From contig LCQW01000005.1 of the NCBI GenBank assembly GCA_001004345.1, positions 1 through 52,693 on the forward strand: 52,693 nt of DNA, in the 5' to 3' direction. This document shows, one piece after another, positions 49,851-52,693 of the stretch (position 1 is the first letter of the stretch; each line of letters starts with the position of its first letter). The position numbers were made by a program, and so were the translations under genes. Origin of the DNA: Candidatus Kaiserbacteria bacterium GW2011_GWA2_52_12 (GTDB taxonomy: Bacteria > Patescibacteriota > Minisyncoccia > Phycocordibacterales > UBA2100). The notes under the pieces are model-generated. The model was not told the origin of the DNA. It did no database searches and saw only the letters and a list, made by a program, of their open reading frames with translations.

Positions 49851-50785
49851 TAAAACGCTACACCTATCTTCTGCCGGACGTCAGCCATTTTTGTTTCCGC
49901 TATCGCGCGGGCTTTCTCACTACCGTCTTTCAGAATGGCGTCTACATCGGCGTCGGATATATGTGAGCGGTACTCTCTTTTTGGCGCAATGAATGCCTCG
50001 ATATCTTCGATAAGCGCCTCTTTGCTCGCTTTGTAATTGCCTTTGTTGGCCTTGTAGAGAGCCGCAAGCTCATCGCCGCCTTTGAAAAGCTGGTGAATGT
50101 TGTAGACGTTGGTCGGGCTTTCGCCGGATGAATCCGTGACGATACTCATCACCGCTTTAGTAATTTCATCTTTGGCGCCAAAGAGCGGAATGGTATTGCC
50201 GTAGCTTTTGCTCATCTTCTTGCCGTCGGTGCCGGGGACGACCGCGACATCGCGCAGTATCTGCTCTTTCGGCTCTATGAACGTCGCACCGTACGCTGCA
50301 TTGAATTTCGCAGCTATCTCGCGCGTGTATTCGATGTGCTGCTTTTGATCAGCTCCGACCGGCACGACGTTGGTATCGTAGAGCAGAATGTCGGAGGCCA
50401 TCAGGACCGGATAATCAAACAGTCCGACATTGGTTTCGATCCCGCGCGCCTCCTTGTCTTTGTAGGCGTGTGCGAGTTCGAGGAATGGCATGGTGAGAAG
50501 ACAATTGAGTATCCACGTGAGCTCGGTGTGTGCCGATATGCGCGATTGTTGGAAAATGACGGCTTTCTTCTGGTCGACGCCGCATGCCACATAATCGCGC
50601 ACTGTATTGCGAATATTTGCCCGCAGTGTCTCGGGCTCTCGTAGTGTCGTGAGTGCGTGATAGTCGGCGACCATCAGAAAACTTTCATACTTTTCGTACA
50701 TGTCGACGAACGGCTTCAGCGCACCAAAATAGTTGCCGATATGAAGCGCGCCCGATGATTGAATGCCAGTCAAAAGTCGTTGCAT
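49850..50785 (-). CDS. trpS: Tryptophan--tRNA ligase
   Basis: TGIQSSG.LHIGNY, YPVLMASDIL, PVGADQKQH, KMSKSYGN. Confidence 0.97.
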   Translation of the reverse strand: MQRLLTGIQSSGALHIGNYFGALKPFVDMYEKYESFLMVADYHALTTLREPETLRANIRNTVRDYVACGVDQKKAVIFQQSRISAHTELTWILNCLLTMPFLELAHAYKDKEARGIETNVGLFDYPVLMASDILLYDTNVVPVGADQKQHIEYTREIAAKFNAAYGATFIEPKEQILRDVAVVPGTDGKKMSKSYGNTIPLFGAKDEITKAVMSIVTDSSGESPTNVYNIHQLFKGGDELAALYKANKGNYKASKEALIEDIEAFIAPKREYRSHISDADVDAILKDGSEKARAIAETKMADVRQKIGVAF

Positions 50786-50893
50786 TGGCCTATTCTAGCA
50801 GAAAAGGAGAGACTCATGCCATAGGGGCCGTTATAGGCCACACTCGCTGTATTCGCTACCACACTTTTCCTTAACCTGCTCACAATGTCCTTA

Positions 50894-50935
50894 AATATCC
50901 TTATTTTTTCACGATCGTGAAAAAATAAGGATATT
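50894..50935. repeat. Perfect 42-bp AT-rich palindrome
   Basis: aatatccttattttttcacga|tcgtgaaaaaataaggatatt with no loop. Confidence 0.9.
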
Positions 50936-50957
50936 GTTTTAACGAAACATGGTATGG

Positions 50958-52523
50958 TTATGCCGCATTGAATTCGATGATGAAGCGGGAGCCTTTGTCT
51001 TTACCCTCCGATTCGGCCCAGATGCGGCCACCCATTGCATCAATAAAAGTCTTTGCGAGATACAGACCGACGCCGGTACCGAGGATGTTTACTTTTTGCG
51101 CGTCGGCGCGCGAGAATTTTTTAAATAGGTGCGGCAGCGTCTCTGCGGGAATGCCGACGCCGGTATCAGAGACGACGATGCGCACATGCACGCCGTGGCG
51201 ATGCGCGGCGACGGTAATACTTCCCGAAGGAGTGTATTTCAGAGAATTGTCGATGATATTCCCTATCACCTCCTTCATTTTTTCCTGGTCGGCCTTGATG
51301 TGCAGATTTTCGCTAGCATCAAGTTCTTTTTTCAGCTCGAGACCTTTTTGCAGCGCGTGCGGACGGTAGCCGTCGGCGACGACCGATACGACCGAGCCAA
51401 CGTCAAAATCGGTGACGCTGTATGATATTTGCCCGAGTTCCATCTTTGATTTATTCAAGAACTGCGAGATGAGTGCCAGGACCTCGTCTCCGAGCACGAG
51501 TATCTTTTGCGCCGCGTCCATGACTTTTGGCGGCACTGCGCCGGTTGTGCCGTCGGTGATGAGCGAAGCGTACCCGCGCATCGCGGTGATCGGGTTGCGT
51601 ATCTCGTGTGAAGCAAACGTCATGAACTCCGATTTCTCCTCGCTCAACTTCTCGATCTGCTCGCGCTGTTCAACTTCTCTCCGTACACTGCGAAGAAGTA
51701 GTACACCCACGATACCGACGACACCGAGAAGCACGCCATCGATCAGCTGGTCGTTGAATGCCTCGGTCAACACCAACCTGACGAACAGGAATAAAAGCAG
51801 CGCATACACAAGGAGCTCTGCGAGGATTGCGCGCGGATTGAAGAATTTGAATCGAAATATGGAATATGTGATGGTGACCGCAATAAAGAATGTGAAAAGC
51901 GGGCCTGACCATATGTATCGAAAATCCTGCAAAAATGGTGATGGTAAGAGAAGGTTGAAATACATTCCGAGAAAGCCAGCAACGGTGACGCTTCCGCCGA
52001 TAGCGAGAAGCTGCATCTTCAGTGCCCCCGTCGCTTTAAAATAGTTGATCCAAATTCGAACGAGTCCGCCGACGAACAGATAGGAAAAAAGCAGCGTAAA
52101 GTAAATGTATTCAGGCCATGAAAGGATGGTTTCTCTTCCCCATGAATGTTCGACGATACCCCGTGTAAGGAATTGGGGAATACTTACGATCAAAAGGACA
52201 AAAATAACCGAGGGTACATATACGAGGAATTGTTGGAAATGCGGTATTTCATATTTATCGGGAAAAAGGAAGGAAAAAAAATAGAAACTAATGCCTATGC
52301 ACAAAGCCGCGATATACGATCCCTTCATTAAATAGATCGCTATTGAGGTGTCCGGGATGACCGCATACATGATCAAAATGATCGCCCAGAGAGCAAGGCA
52401 GATCGAGAACATGGAGAAATAAAAATTGATCTTGTTCTCGCGGTTGCGGCTGCGGATGAAGAGCGTCATCCCGACATTGCAGAGCGCGGTAATGCTTAGA
52501 AGAATATTCGGTAATCCAAACAT
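50958..52523 (-). CDS. Multi-pass membrane sensor histidine kinase (7TM-type input domain)
   Basis: About nine TM helices, ASHEIRNP, NIIDNSLKY, DTGVGI, GTGVGL. Confidence 0.9.
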   Translation of the reverse strand: MFGLPNILLSITALCNVGMTLFIRSRNRENKINFYFSMFSICLALWAIILIMYAVIPDTSIAIYLMKGSYIAALCIGISFYFFSFLFPDKYEIPHFQQFLVYVPSVIFVLLIVSIPQFLTRGIVEHSWGRETILSWPEYIYFTLLFSYLFVGGLVRIWINYFKATGALKMQLLAIGGSVTVAGFLGMYFNLLLPSPFLQDFRYIWSGPLFTFFIAVTITYSIFRFKFFNPRAILAELLVYALLLFLFVRLVLTEAFNDQLIDGVLLGVVGIVGVLLLRSVRREVEQREQIEKLSEEKSEFMTFASHEIRNPITAMRGYASLITDGTTGAVPPKVMDAAQKILVLGDEVLALISQFLNKSKMELGQISYSVTDFDVGSVVSVVADGYRPHALQKGLELKKELDASENLHIKADQEKMKEVIGNIIDNSLKYTPSGSITVAAHRHGVHVRIVVSDTGVGIPAETLPHLFKKFSRADAQKVNILGTGVGLYLAKTFIDAMGGRIWAESEGKDKGSRFIIEFNAA

Positions 52524-52693
52524 AAAAGAAAAACTCCGTACGGATGCATGTAATAGTAGCATTCATACGGAGCTGTGAGTTGAAGAGCTGTATATTTTAG
52601 TGTCCATCTTTGGGAGCAAACCCCTCGGCTTTAGCCGAACCTTTTAAGATAGATCAGCCACGTACGCTACACTGGAGCGTATGCAACTCTACC

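Noticed and set aside
48837-49853. 338-aa ORF antisense to aspS
   Set aside because: Codon-mirror shadow ORF with no independent evidence.

Overview
Gene-dense bacterial chromosome segment read with the standard code (TGA is a stop). Gene content and streamlined protein architectures suggest a Patescibacteria/CPR (Parcubacteria-like) genome; this is inference. It carries part of the dcw cluster (mraZ-rsmH-ftsL-like-ftsI-murF, plus mraY-ftsW-murG), tRNA-Glu(CTC), a PfkB kinase with ahcY, a complete F1Fo atp operon with an extra ORF between atpA and atpG, ychF, five aminoacyl-tRNA synthetases, corA, ctpA, rplI, rpmA, scpAB, several secreted peptidoglycan-active proteins and two orphan histidine kinases. 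No CRISPR array, rRNA, transposase or prophage was seen. Most notable observations: (1) LeuRS has an apparently complete serine alpha/beta-hydrolase domain inserted just before its editing motif, and is preceded by a short uORF that duplicates the LeuRS N-terminus. (2) Several families of short palindromic repeats are dispersed through the window, some inserted in frame into ahcY, atpG and ychF, along with two 124-nt elements with terminal inverted repeats. (3) More than 15 genes have a -10 hexamer 6-9 nt before the start codon, suggesting pervasive leaderless transcription. (4) An unknown helical ORF sits inside an atp operon whose epsilon subunit lacks its C-terminal helices. (5) A cold-shock-domain membrane protein has a structured 5' leader. 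All family assignments come from motif recognition by eye; no searches were run.
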